Assembly (NCBI GenBank): GCA_021604765.1
Contig: BQJP01000002.1
Coordinates: 40,191-104,190, forward strand
Reading direction: 5' to 3'
DNA: 64,000 bases
Origin: Thermodesulfobacteriota bacterium
GTDB taxonomy: Bacteria > Desulfobacterota_D > UBA1144 > Nemesobacterales > UBA2774
Shown here: in pieces, positions 40,159 to 50,738 of the stretch
How the letters are laid out: every line of letters starts with the position of its first letter
How positions within the stretch are numbered: position 1 is the stretch's first letter
Notes under the pieces: generated by a model
What the model was told of the DNA's origin: nothing
Seen by the model: the letters and a program-made list of their open reading frames with translations, nothing else
Databases searched by the model: none
Translations under genes and position numbers: made by a program

Positions 40159-40787
40159 GCTCTAAGTTTTTCACCGCATAGGGCAGAGAAATTCTGAATC
40201 ATCTTGAGTCCGAGATTGCTGCTTTTCTCAGGGTGAAATTGGGAGGCAAATACATTGTCTTTTTGAACTGCTGCAGTGAATTCAAAACCATATGTTGTTT
40301 TGACGGCGCTTACGCCATCGTCTTCTGGACTAGGATAGTAAGAGTGCACAAAATAAAACCAGCTGTTCTCAGGCACCCCATTTAGTATAGGAACATCTTT
40401 TTTAATAGCGATCTGATTCCATCCCATATGAGGTACTTTCAGTCCTTCTGTTTTAAAATCAGGGAATTTTACTACACTGCCTTTAATTATGCCAAGCCCT
40501 TTTACTCCCGGTGCTTCTTCACTTTCCTCAAAAAGTACCTGAAGCCCTAGACAAATCCCCAAAAAAGGCTTTCCTGAATCAATAAATCTCAATATTGGAT
40601 CTATCAAACCATATTCATTTAGGTTTTTGGCACAGTCTCCAAAGGCCCCCACACCGGGAAGTACAAGTCCTGAAGCGTTTGAAATATCGTCTGGATTTCT
40701 TGTTACAACAGCTGGGAATTCCTGACTCTGAAAAGCCTTACTTACACTTCTCAGATTACCCATTCCGTAATCTACTATAGCGATCAT
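40155..40787 (-). CDS. hisH: Imidazole glycerol phosphate synthase glutaminase subunit
   Basis: DYGMGNL, LPGVGAF, GICLG and QFHPEKS. Confidence 0.97.
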   Translation of the reverse strand: MIAIVDYGMGNLRSVSKAFQSQEFPAVVTRNPDDISNASGLVLPGVGAFGDCAKNLNEYGLIDPILRFIDSGKPFLGICLGLQVLFEESEEAPGVKGLGIIKGSVVKFPDFKTEGLKVPHMGWNQIAIKKDVPILNGVPENSWFYFVHSYYPSPEDDGVSAVKTTYGFEFTAAVQKDNVFASQFHPEKSSNLGLKMIQNFSALCGEKLRA

Positions 40788-40789
40788 TT

Positions 40790-41380
40790 CTAGAGTTTAC
40801 CTTTTGTTGAGGGTATATCCTTTGATCTTGGGTCAATTGAAGTGGCTTTGTCTAAGGCCCTACCTACAGCTTTAAACATGGCTTCTATAATGTGATGGAG
40901 GTTATCTCCATATTTTAGTTCAATATGCAGGTTGCATTTGAGAGTATTTGTAAGAGATTTAAAAAACTCTTCTGCAAGCTCAACGTCAAAATCGCCAACT
41001 TTGGACTTAGGTATTTCAACTCTGAATTCAAAGTGCGGCCTTCCGCTTAGATCTACACAAGCAAAAACTTGAGTTTCATCAAACGGAACAAAGGCTTCTC
41101 CAAACCTGGTTATACTCCTCTTATCACCAAGGGCTTCTGAGATCGCTTCACCCAGCGCAAGTCCCACATCTTCTACAGTGTGGTGGAAGTCTATATCGAT
41201 GTCACCGATTGCTTTGATTTTGAGATCGAAATAACCGTGTTTAGCAAACTGGGCTAGCATGTGGTTAAAAAATGCTATACCTGTGTCTATATCAAATTTC
41301 CCTGATCCATCAAGAGAAATATCAATCTTTACCTTTACTTCCGTTGTCTTCCTTTCGAGTTTCGCCTGTCTTTTTGCCAT
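40790..41380 (-). CDS. hisB: Imidazoleglycerol-phosphate dehydratase
   Basis: FFNHML, HHTVED, NLHHIIEA and PSTKG. Confidence 0.97.
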   Translation of the reverse strand: MAKRQAKLERKTTEVKVKIDISLDGSGKFDIDTGIAFFNHMLAQFAKHGYFDLKIKAIGDIDIDFHHTVEDVGLALGEAISEALGDKRSITRFGEAFVPFDETQVFACVDLSGRPHFEFRVEIPKSKVGDFDVELAEEFFKSLTNTLKCNLHIELKYGDNLHHIIEAMFKAVGRALDKATSIDPRSKDIPSTKGKL

Positions 41381-41473
41381 GATCGTTAAGAATCATATCT
41401 GAAATTACTTAACTATCCAAGACGGCCCTACGTTTTTCATATTTATTACTTGGTGTTTCTAAGCATTGTAAGA

Positions 41474-41923
41474 ATGAGTAAACTACTCTGTGTGAATATA
41501 GATATACTCGATGAAACAGGCGAACTTGAAACAAAATATAAAAGAACCCTTAAGAAAATAGCGCGCCTTGTTTTAAAAGAACTCCAATTACCTAAAGACT
41601 CTGAACTCTGTATCTCGTTTATAGATGATATTAAAATGAGAGAACTGAACCAGGCTTATAGGCAGATAGATAGAACAACTGACGTGTTGTCATTTCCCCA
41701 GAGCGAAGGGCCTGATGATACTCTGCTTGGCGATATTATTATTTCTATTGATACAGCTAGGAGGCATAGTACATCCTACGGGGTTACGTTTCATGAAGAA
41801 ATAAAAAAGCTCATAATCCATGGAACTCTCCACTTGATTGGTCATGATCATAAAAAGAAAAAAGAAACTCAAATTATGAGAGAGAAAGAAGAAGAACTGT
41901 CTTTAATTGTGAAGGATTTATAA
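41474..41923 (+). CDS. ybeY: rRNA maturation endoribonuclease YbeY
   Basis: TDVLSFP, LGDIIIS and HGTLHLIGHDH. Confidence 0.95.
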   Translation: MSKLLCVNIDILDETGELETKYKRTLKKIARLVLKELQLPKDSELCISFIDDIKMRELNQAYRQIDRTTDVLSFPQSEGPDDTLLGDIIISIDTARRHSTSYGVTFHEEIKKLIIHGTLHLIGHDHKKKKETQIMREKEEELSLIVKDL

Positions 41924-41934
41924 GTATGTAAATC

Positions 41935-43167
41935 CTACTTCCCTTTTTTGATCCTTAGTTTAACTTCCTCAACAGCGCGCGAGGTAGATTTGGTTATTGT
42001 AAATGTATAAGTAGTGTGTTTAATTTTGTCCCCTGACTTAGGAATAGACCCAAGTTCTGAAAGAATAAAACCGCCCAGGGTTTCATAATCATCGCTCTCG
42101 GGAATCCCAAGCCCAAGATCATCATTTAATGTTTCAATTTCTATTTTCGGATTTATTAGATACTCCCCATCACCTGTTTTTCTCCAGAGCTTTATTCCTT
42201 TATCGTATTCGTCCTCAATTTCACCCACTACTTCCTCTAAAATATCTTCAAGTGTAATTGCTCCTACAGCGCCGCCGTATTCATCCACCACCACTGCCAT
42301 ACCAGCTAGTCCTTCTTTCATCTCATCCAGAAGCTCATCCACGGGTTTTGACTCGGGCACATAAAAAGGCGTCTGAGAATAATTTTTAAGAGCGTCATTA
42401 GGGTCCGCTCCGAGTAGATAAAATGAATGGATCATACCCGTTATGTTATCCACTCGATCAGAAAAAATGGGTATCCTTGAGTGTCCCGTCTCTTTTATAA
42501 GCCTTATTGCATCTCCAACTTTTGAATCCTCACTAAGAGCGCTTACTTGAATAAGGGGTTTCATAATTTCATCCACTGTCGTTTCAGAGAACCTGAAAAT
42601 TCTCTTTATGATCCTCTCTTTATAATCAACAGTCGGTTCATTAGAGTCACCCTCTATTACATCAATAAGCTCCTCTCTGGTTATGAACGTGCTATCTGTT
42701 TTTCCTACAAGATTCAGTAGCTTTTTCGTAAATATGTTCACAAATATTAAGATCGGGTAAAACAATTTAGACGCTACCCAAAGAGGATAAATAGCCCAGA
42801 GAACAATTGTATTTCTCTTCTTTTGGAAAACTGCTTTAGGCACAATTTGCCCGAAGACGATTATAAGGGGAGACAGTATTAAAACCGTATAGAGCTCACC
42901 TCCCTGCCCATATTTTTCATGAATATAGAATGTGAGTACTATGGTGCTTGTGATTAAAGAGAGGTTTATTCCAACAAGTGTGGTACTAATAAATTGCTCT
43001 ATCTGCCCAAAAGCAGTTAACACAAGTTTAGCGCTTTTGGAGCCTTCCTCGGCAAGAGATCTCATTTTCACTTTGTCACAGGATATCAGAGCAATCTCAG
43101 AGCCCGCGAAAAAGGCCTGTAATATTAGTGAAATTATGATTATAGCTATAACCACTTCAAGCGACAT
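41935..43167 (-). CDS. CNNM/CBS/CorC (hemolysin-family) Mg/Co transport protein
   Basis: FFAGSEIAL, HSRIP, VVDEYGG and EDILEEVVGEI. Confidence 0.9.
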   Translation of the reverse strand: MSLEVVIAIIIISLILQAFFAGSEIALISCDKVKMRSLAEEGSKSAKLVLTAFGQIEQFISTTLVGINLSLITSTIVLTFYIHEKYGQGGELYTVLILSPLIIVFGQIVPKAVFQKKRNTIVLWAIYPLWVASKLFYPILIFVNIFTKKLLNLVGKTDSTFITREELIDVIEGDSNEPTVDYKERIIKRIFRFSETTVDEIMKPLIQVSALSEDSKVGDAIRLIKETGHSRIPIFSDRVDNITGMIHSFYLLGADPNDALKNYSQTPFYVPESKPVDELLDEMKEGLAGMAVVVDEYGGAVGAITLEDILEEVVGEIEDEYDKGIKLWRKTGDGEYLINPKIEIETLNDDLGLGIPESDDYETLGGFILSELGSIPKSGDKIKHTTYTFTITKSTSRAVEEVKLRIKKGK

Positions 43168-44500
43168 CCGCTACCTCCTTATTCATCCTTTGTACCCTGA
43201 CCTCTGTTATACGCTTTCCGGAAACTTTATTCACAGTAAAAGATAAACTGCCGTAGGAAATACTATCCCCCTGTTCAGGAAATCTGCCGAACAAATCAAA
43301 TACAAACCCTGCTACCGTTTCATGATCCTCTGCTGATGGGACAACCGACTCCTCAAGCTCATCTCCTAGATTTTCTATGCCCCCGTACCTAAGAACTGTA
43401 AATAAATAGGTGTCATTAAATTCATCTATCTTCATACTTCCAGGAATTATTAATGCCTCACTTTGCCATCTAACCTCGGCAGTCTTGACGACTCTTCTCT
43501 CATCCTCGATCTCACCAAAAAGCTCCTCTAATATATCTTCCATTGTTACAATACCGTCGAAGCGCCCATATTCATCAACTACTATTGCTATATGAATTCG
43601 TTGCTGCTGAAATTCTTTTAATAGATCAAAAGCCATTTTTGTTCTAGGTATAAAATAAGGAGGTTTCAAAAACTTTTTAATTGTTTTTTCGTCTGAGAGA
43701 TCAAAAGCAAGAAGGTCCTTGGCGTATAGAACCCCTACAATATTGTCTTTGTTGTCTTTATACACAGGAGTTCTTGAATAGCGGTGCTTCTTAATTTCAT
43801 AAAGGGCCTGGGACCTGGGAAGACTGACCGGTAATAAAAAACAGTCGATCGACGGAGTCATAATTTTGTGAGCCGGCACATCCTCTAGTTTAAACAGACT
43901 CCCAACAAGTTTTTTCTCTATTTCTGTGATTACTCCCTCTTCACTACCAATTCCAACAAGGGTTTTTACTTCTTCAGGAGAAAACTTTTCGCTCTGCTCA
44001 TGCTCCATTTTTCCGCCCAAAACTCTTGTAAAACCAATGGAGAGAACCATAAGCACCCACCTAATAGGAGTGACCAGCACATGAAAAAGATGAAGAGGAT
44101 AAGAAATTACAGTAGCAATTACCCTAGGATATTTCACGCCCAAAGTTTTAGGACCAATCTCACCTAATAAGAGCAAACTTGGCGACGCTATAGCAACCGA
44201 GGCAAGCATTATTGTTTGCTCTGAGGAGTCATTAAGAATAGCATTAACTGTAAGACCAATAACGCTTGTATAGGCAACATTTACAACCTCATCTGCAAAT
44301 AATATCGTAATTATAAGTTTATAAGGATCTTTAAGGAGTTTCTCGATAAGCTTTGAGCTTTTCTTTCCTTCCTTTTTGATCCTATCCAGATGATGCCTTC
44401 CCAAAGAGAATAAAGAGCCTTCAGCAATACAGAAAAATCCTGAGAGGAAAAGAAGAATCAAAATTAATAGTATATTGTTACTTAAAGATATATCGTCCAT
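43157..44500 (-). CDS. CNNM/CBS/CorC (hemolysin-family) protein
   Basis: DUF21 TM region, YSRTPV, VVDEYG and EDILEELFGEI. Confidence 0.9.
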   Translation of the reverse strand: MDDISLSNNILLILILLFLSGFFCIAEGSLFSLGRHHLDRIKKEGKKSSKLIEKLLKDPYKLIITILFADEVVNVAYTSVIGLTVNAILNDSSEQTIMLASVAIASPSLLLLGEIGPKTLGVKYPRVIATVISYPLHLFHVLVTPIRWVLMVLSIGFTRVLGGKMEHEQSEKFSPEEVKTLVGIGSEEGVITEIEKKLVGSLFKLEDVPAHKIMTPSIDCFLLPVSLPRSQALYEIKKHRYSRTPVYKDNKDNIVGVLYAKDLLAFDLSDEKTIKKFLKPPYFIPRTKMAFDLLKEFQQQRIHIAIVVDEYGRFDGIVTMEDILEELFGEIEDERRVVKTAEVRWQSEALIIPGSMKIDEFNDTYLFTVLRYGGIENLGDELEESVVPSAEDHETVAGFVFDLFGRFPEQGDSISYGSLSFTVNKVSGKRITEVRVQRMNKEVADVA

Positions 44501-45484
44501 CTAATTATTAAAGTGAACAAAACCCCTTTGCTTATTAGTAGTTATTTTGCCGTCTATATTTATTAAATCTATATTACTGTCTCTTGTTACTTTGCCGATT
44601 TCAGTAATTTTTATGTTCAAATCCCTTGAGATTTTTCTAATATCTTCACTTCTTTCTTCAGGAGAAGTAAAAAGGAGCTCATAATCTTCTCCGCCACTTA
44701 TAGCCAGCTCATAGCTATTATCTGTGAATTGATCGATGCACTCATCGTACTCTTTTGATGTAGGTATTTTAGAAAGTTCTATCTTTGCGCCACTGCCCTT
44801 GTTAACAGTAACTCTTTCTAGATCAAGAAGAAGACCATCGCTAATGTCAATCATAGAGGTCGCTATTTTCTTTAATGCAAGCTCTCTTCCAAGAGCTAGT
44901 CTAGGAAGTGGATGTAGGTGCTTCTGTATCAAAATTTCATTTTTATTTCTTATTTGATCATTGAGCAGCATCTTGAGACCAAGCGCAGAATCTCCTAAAG
45001 TTCCGCTTACATAGACCGAGTCTCCGGGATTGGCGCCGCTTCTTTTTACCATTAGTTCAGATTCTACTTCACCAAGGACCGTGATATCAATGAATAGCTT
45101 CTCAGATGAGGAGAGATTTCCACCTATAAGGTCTACTCCAAACTCTTGCTCAGAATTGATGAATCCTGTAATTAGCTTATCAAGAAACTCTTTATCCTCG
45201 GATCTGGAAAACCCAACTGATGCCAGGATGAACCTAGGAACTCCACCCATGGCGCCAACATCACTCACTGATACCGCAACTGCTTTTCGTGCAAGCTGTT
45301 GAGGTGTGATCTGAGATTTTACAAAGTGCACATCCTCGACCTGGGTATCTGTAGTGGATAATACAAGATTGCCACTATGGAACTTTACCGCAGCTGCATC
45401 ATCTCCAATACCCAGCTCTACACCTTTTGATGCTCTATGGAACCGCTCTTCAATACTCTTAAGAGCACTAAGTTCATCTATCAT
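44501..45484 (-). CDS. thiL: Thiamine-monophosphate kinase
   Basis: GIGDDAA, SDVGAMGG, IDISDGL and GGEDYELLFT. Confidence 0.96.
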   Translation of the reverse strand: MIDELSALKSIEERFHRASKGVELGIGDDAAAVKFHSGNLVLSTTDTQVEDVHFVKSQITPQQLARKAVAVSVSDVGAMGGVPRFILASVGFSRSEDKEFLDKLITGFINSEQEFGVDLIGGNLSSSEKLFIDITVLGEVESELMVKRSGANPGDSVYVSGTLGDSALGLKMLLNDQIRNKNEILIQKHLHPLPRLALGRELALKKIATSMIDISDGLLLDLERVTVNKGSGAKIELSKIPTSKEYDECIDQFTDNSYELAISGGEDYELLFTSPEERSEDIRKISRDLNIKITEIGKVTRDSNIDLINIDGKITTNKQRGFVHFNN

Positions 45485-45768
45485 AGTGGTTAAATCCTGT
45501 AACCACCTTTTATAGGATTATTAGCAAATAAATTGATAAGATTATAAAATTGCGGGGATTGTATGAATTTAGGTTTTAAAACACACAAATGAGGGTCTGG
45601 TTCTTTCATATAGTTTGCAATACAAATTTGTTAAAAATTTAAAACACTTATGCTCTATATTGCAATTAAAGTGTAGGATATTTGGTGTTATATGTCAATA
45701 AAAATAAGTAAGTATCAATATTATGCCTTTTTCAAAAGAGTTTGAATAGTAAGGTATAATTCTGACTT

Positions 45769-46125
45769 ATGAGCAAAGAAAAAATCACAATATACATAAA
45801 ACCCACTTGTACCACTTGCAGGAAAGTACTCAAAATACTAAGGGAAACTGAGACGGATTTTGACAGCGTTAACTACTTTGAGCAGCCCCTTACAAAGAAA
45901 ACGCTAACTAAATTAATAAACAGTTTGGGTATTCCGCCTAGAGACCTACTTAGAAAAAATGAATCGACTTATAAAGAGCTCGGGTTATCTAAATCAGAAT
46001 TATCCGACTCTGAGATCATAGGACTCATGGTAAAACACCCCGACCTTCTTCAAAGGCCAATAGTTGTTAAAGGCGGAAAAGTAGTTTTAGCGAGACCCGC
46101 TCAAGAAATTGAGAAATTGCTATAA
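45769..46125 (+). CDS. ArsC/Spx-family (glutaredoxin-dependent arsenate reductase-like) protein
   Basis: CTTCRK, HPDLLQRPIV and ARP. Confidence 0.85.
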   Translation: MSKEKITIYIKPTCTTCRKVLKILRETETDFDSVNYFEQPLTKKTLTKLINSLGIPPRDLLRKNESTYKELGLSKSELSDSEIIGLMVKHPDLLQRPIVVKGGKVVLARPAQEIEKLL

Positions 46126-46149
46126 AAAAATAGCAATCTTCTAATTAAA

Positions 46150-48021
46150 CTAAAAGGTCTCAGTCACAACATCACTGCCTGTACACAGAGCTATATCCAC
46201 AGCCTGTACCTTTACGGTGACTCCAGCAAAATTAGGTGGAACACCGATAATTATAGAAGCACTCCCAGCTTGGTCGGTTGGAACTATGCTTAGCAAATTT
46301 GGATTTAATATTCCAGCTTGTAGTCCGGGACATATGTTATCAGCACTAGCAGTCCCTTCAACAAATCCCCAGATAAATGCAACGAATGCGTTAGGTGTAG
46401 CAAACGCTGCTGAAAAAATATTTGCGACTCCCGCTTCCCCTGGATCAATTGGTAAGTGAGTTAACACTGGCTCTGTAAATGTTTCCTCATTGAGGCCGCT
46501 TTCCACACATGTTGTCATATCCAAAGCTTGTATTAATAAAGTTATATCAACGAATGTGGATGGCACAAAAACATTGAAGGAAGCATTACCTGAAGCGTCC
46601 CCTGTAATAGTTGCTAACTGGTTAAAATCCGCTATGTCTAATTCAGAGTCCTCACATAAAGACTCAGTATCCAATATCCCTTCGTTAAACCCATACCCGA
46701 ACATTACATCTCCGCTTGGTATACCACCTTCTATATTTATTGAGATAGGGTTACCTGCGACTGGTAGCGGAAGCGGTTGTAAATTAAAGAAACCAGGATC
46801 ACAAATGTCAGTTGTTTGAATTGGCGTGACATCAGTAATTGCAGGAACTTCCAATAGAGCTGTTATTGTTGGCAAATCAGTGGTTCCCCACCAGTTACGT
46901 ATTGTATCAAGAACTGCTCCTCCCAAAGCCTGGTCAGGTGTTATACCGGTTGGCAAGAAAAACCTGACACCGTTACCCGCCGTTGTAATACCTGTAAAGC
47001 AGTTGTTCCTGACACGTACAGTGTCCCATCCGGTGCCGCCAAGACTTGGTGGACCTGTTCTATGTGCACCAGCGAAAACTGCGCTAGCGTCGTTAGTAGC
47101 CGCATTGTTTCTAACAAATCTGATATTGTTAAATACGGTCTCCCCCCCGTTGTCGGCATTAAATATTGCAAATACAGCATTTGTAGTTCCAATCATCGTA
47201 TTCCGTCTGATAATAACATCAGACATAGGAATTGAAGGTTGATACCATTTGAAAAGTTGTACATCCCTTCGGTTATTTATAAACATATTATCTTGAATTC
47301 TCGTGTTTTGAGCCTCTTCAAGAAATATAGCTGTACCCTGGCTACCGTGGGCCAGTGTATGATCGGTAAAAGTATTTCTTCTAATTCGAACGTTAGCCAT
47401 TGTTGATGTGGCGCCGTCGTTTGCAACATATATGGCCATGTTATTGCTTGTGTAGGTTGAATCATCAAAATCAGCTCCGTCTAGATGACCTGATGAGCTG
47501 ATACGAAATGCTATGTTGGTACTCTCGAAGTTGCATTCGTCAACAAACAAATTAGTAACAGTTGTTGCATTGTGAAGCTCTATACCGCGCGAGGTGTTGT
47601 TTAACATCTCCACACGAATGATATCAGTATTATCGATTGTTCCACCAGCCATTTCAAAACGGATTGCCTGACTCGCATTCTGAATCGTCATATCTTGAAT
47701 TGTTACATTGTTTGCATCAGGATAGAACACAATAAGCGCTCCTGGCAGGCCGGTGGGATCTAATATTGTAACCCCTATTCCCTGACCTTGAATTATAAGT
47801 TCTTTAGTGATATGAATTAAAGATTCCACATGGGTCCCAGCACCAACATTGATAATATCGCCGTTTGCAGTGCCTGCATCATCAATTGCTTCTTGAATCG
47901 TTGCGAAATCGCCTGGAACATTAAAAGTAGCTGCTTTGGAAACTCCGGTTTGAATTAAAAAGAAAAAAGCGAATAGTCCTAAAAACAATGATACTGACAA
48001 AATTTTCATATTTAGTCTCAT
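46150..48021 (-). CDS. Secreted right-handed beta-helix protein with two C-terminal Cys modules
   Basis: VPGDFATIQEAID start, Asn-ladder repeats and NWWG; duplicated ~105-aa C-terminal module. Confidence 0.75.
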   Translation of the reverse strand: MRLNMKILSVSLFLGLFAFFFLIQTGVSKAATFNVPGDFATIQEAIDDAGTANGDIINVGAGTHVESLIHITKELIIQGQGIGVTILDPTGLPGALIVFYPDANNVTIQDMTIQNASQAIRFEMAGGTIDNTDIIRVEMLNNTSRGIELHNATTVTNLFVDECNFESTNIAFRISSSGHLDGADFDDSTYTSNNMAIYVANDGATSTMANVRIRRNTFTDHTLAHGSQGTAIFLEEAQNTRIQDNMFINNRRDVQLFKWYQPSIPMSDVIIRRNTMIGTTNAVFAIFNADNGGETVFNNIRFVRNNAATNDASAVFAGAHRTGPPSLGGTGWDTVRVRNNCFTGITTAGNGVRFFLPTGITPDQALGGAVLDTIRNWWGTTDLPTITALLEVPAITDVTPIQTTDICDPGFFNLQPLPLPVAGNPISINIEGGIPSGDVMFGYGFNEGILDTESLCEDSELDIADFNQLATITGDASGNASFNVFVPSTFVDITLLIQALDMTTCVESGLNEETFTEPVLTHLPIDPGEAGVANIFSAAFATPNAFVAFIWGFVEGTASADNICPGLQAGILNPNLLSIVPTDQAGSASIIIGVPPNFAGVTVKVQAVDIALCTGSDVVTETF

Positions 48022-48397
48022 TAGAGATCACCCCCGTTATACTATGTAAACATTCATCAAAGCGAAAAAATTCCCAATAAATTAAGTACCTTCAATTTAT
48101 TGGGATATCATAATAGTCCGCCCATTCTTAATTTGAAAGGCAAACGTAACCATATAAACTCGTTTAATTTACAATAATAACAGTGTTTTAGGTGTATTTA
48201 ACAACTCAGTTTAACTGGTAAAATGATAAATCATTATTAAATAAAACTAACATTTCAATAAGATAATACAAAATTATCTGGTAGTCTTCGAGCGAGCTTT
48301 TAAATTACGGAAACGCGATTGTACTATTTTAAAATAAATCATATACTTTAAATTCTTTGATACTAAATAATGTGGTAAGGATGAAAAGCTAACTATT

Positions 48398-49927
48398 ATG
48401 ATTGCTAAAGTTCTGAGTAGCGCTGTCTTGGGAGTGGACGCCTATCTTGTAGAGGTCGAGGTTGATATTGCTCTTGGGTTTCCACAGTACGCAACAGTCG
48501 GTCTTCCTGAGGGGGCTGTAAAAGAAAGCAAAGAGCGTGTCAGAGCCGCAATCAAAAACTGCGGATACGAATTCCCCCAAAGAAGAATTACTGTTAATCT
48601 CGCTCCTGCAGATATAAGAAAAGAGGGGTCTGCTTTTGATCTTCCTATATCACTTGGAATTCTGGCAGCCACAGGACTTATTGATCACGAAAAACTTACT
48701 GACTATATAATCCTTGGAGAGTTGTCGCTCGACGGCAAAATAAAATCCATAAAGGGCGCCCTTCCGTCTTCAATATGCGCAAGGGACTCAAAACTAAAAG
48801 GGATCATTCTTCCAAAGGAGAACGCAGAAGAAGCTGCAGTTGTGGATGGGGTAGAAGTACTCGCAGCGGATTCTTTGCAAGATCTGGTCGAATTTTTTGA
48901 AAATAAAAGAGAAATCTCACCAACAACTATAGATGTAAACGGGATATTTAACCAAGCAAAGGAATACCAAATAGATTTCCATGAAGTAAAGGGGCAGGAA
49001 CACGTCAAAAGGGCACTCGAAGTAGCAGCCAGCGGGGGACATAATTTGCTCATGATAGGATCACCGGGAACCGGTAAAACTATGCTTGCCAGAAGGCTCC
49101 CTTCGATTCTTCCTGACATGAGTTTCGAAGAAGCTCTTGAGACTACAAAAATCTACTCGGTTACAGGACTACTAAAAGAACACTCTTCACTATATGCCAC
49201 AAGACCTTTCCGTTCACCCCATCATACAGTGAGCGACGCTGGGCTTATTGGTGGTGGAGCTATTCCCAAACCCGGTGAGGTAAGCCTCGCACATAACGGG
49301 ATACTTTTTTTAGACGAGCTTCCCGAGTTTAAAAAGAATGTGCTTGAAGTCATGCGCCAGCCTCTTGAAGACGGCATGGTAACTATATCACGGGCTGTAA
49401 CTTCAATAACTTATCCTGCAAGTTTTATGCTCATGGCGGCAATGAACCCATGCCCGTGCGGCTATTATGGCGATCCTAAAAAGGATTGCTCCTGCACACC
49501 AATTCAGATACATAAATACAGAACAAAGGTGTCGGGACCGCTTTTAGATAGGATCGATATTCACGTAGAAGTTCCACCTGTAAAATATAAAGAGCTTGCA
49601 GATGATTCAGGTGGAGAGACCTCGTCTAAAGTAAAAGAACGAGTAAACAGGGCCAGGGATATTCAGAGAGAACGCTTTAAAGGAACAGGAATTCATTCCA
49701 ATTCTCAGATGACTCCGTCCCAGGTTAGAAAACAGACCCAACCTGATTCAGAAGGACTTAAACTCCTTGAAACTGCTATAAATAAACTGGGGCTTAGCGC
49801 AAGAGCATATGACCGCATACTAAAAGTATCACGTACAATAGCCGACTTAGATGAGTCAGAAACAGTACTATCCCACCACATTTCAGAAGCAATACAATAT
49901 AGATCGCTTGACCGCAGCCTTGTTTAA
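48398..49927 (+). CDS. comM: ComM/YifB Mg-chelatase-like AAA+ ATPase
   Basis: VNLAPAD, GSPGTGKT, PFRSPHH, LDELPEF, AMNPCPCG and LSARAYDR. Confidence 0.95.
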   Translation: MIAKVLSSAVLGVDAYLVEVEVDIALGFPQYATVGLPEGAVKESKERVRAAIKNCGYEFPQRRITVNLAPADIRKEGSAFDLPISLGILAATGLIDHEKLTDYIILGELSLDGKIKSIKGALPSSICARDSKLKGIILPKENAEEAAVVDGVEVLAADSLQDLVEFFENKREISPTTIDVNGIFNQAKEYQIDFHEVKGQEHVKRALEVAASGGHNLLMIGSPGTGKTMLARRLPSILPDMSFEEALETTKIYSVTGLLKEHSSLYATRPFRSPHHTVSDAGLIGGGAIPKPGEVSLAHNGILFLDELPEFKKNVLEVMRQPLEDGMVTISRAVTSITYPASFMLMAAMNPCPCGYYGDPKKDCSCTPIQIHKYRTKVSGPLLDRIDIHVEVPPVKYKELADDSGGETSSKVKERVNRARDIQRERFKGTGIHSNSQMTPSQVRKQTQPDSEGLKLLETAINKLGLSARAYDRILKVSRTIADLDESETVLSHHISEAIQYRSLDRSLV

Positions 49928-50056
49928 TAAAAACTGAGAGAATTCTTATTCAGATCTAATAGACTTTCAGATTCTATTTTCGCCCTTTCAAAAGTAATTG
50001 ATAGATAATTACGCGTATGTTAGGCTGGGATATCATATACTTAGGGAGAGAATAAA

Positions 50057-50332
50057 ATGAAAATTAGAAAGCATATTACAATTTTATTCGTCGGAATTAT
50101 TTTTCTTGGTTTCATCTTTTTTGCATCACCATATAATGTAAACGCGCAACACGAAGTAATGGGCTGCTGCCAGTTCGAGGGCGATGAGGCTGGGTGTTGG
50201 TATCCGGCAGATCCAGGCCCGTGCGCTAATTTAGAGGGAAAATATTTTGAAGACGCTAAATGTAACGCAGAAGTGACCAAATGTGTAGAAAATAAAAAAG
50301 ATGATTCTGGCTCATCTGAACCTCAAGAATAA
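50057..50332 (+). CDS. Small secreted six-cysteine protein (GCCQF motif)
   Basis: Signal peptide ending VNA; GCCQF-x6-C-x8-C-x12-C-x6-C. Confidence 0.7.
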   Translation: MKIRKHITILFVGIIFLGFIFFASPYNVNAQHEVMGCCQFEGDEAGCWYPADPGPCANLEGKYFEDAKCNAEVTKCVENKKDDSGSSEPQE

Positions 50333-50405
50333 GTAACTTTTTGAGTCAAGACATCATATAAATTAGCCACATATAATTCAAGAATACTCTCAGCTTAGGT
50401 TAAGC

Positions 50406-50477
50406 TCAGAACTGTGCTTTTACCTTCACATATTTGAAGCTATTCAATACAACTCGCTTGATAGAAGTTTGGTTTAA
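50406..50477 (+). repeat. Diverged copy of the comM 3' end (scar 1)
   Basis: 50427-50477 translates HIFEAIQYNSLDRSLV* versus ComM HISEAIQYRSLDRSLV*. Confidence 0.85.
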
Positions 50478-50738
50478 TTACTAGATAAACTCGTTTTGAA
50501 ATAGCCTTTAGTGGAGACATAATCTGCTTATGCTATGTTCATAAAACTAATCATTTTTCTACACATACAGAGAGGTTTATGAAAATTCGAAATAGAATTT
50601 GAGAATATTTGTTTTGGAATACTAATGACTATCTAAACACTATCTTTATGCATAGATATATGTGCTTTTGTATATGTTGAATAAAATTTCCAACTATGAT
50701 AATATCTGGCTCAATGATCAATATTAGGAGGATGTCCC

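Noticed and set aside
48070-48160. Possible c-di-GMP riboswitch (GGCAAAC) upstream of the beta-helix gene
   Set aside because: It is on the wrong strand for that gene and lacks the rest of the GEMM motif.
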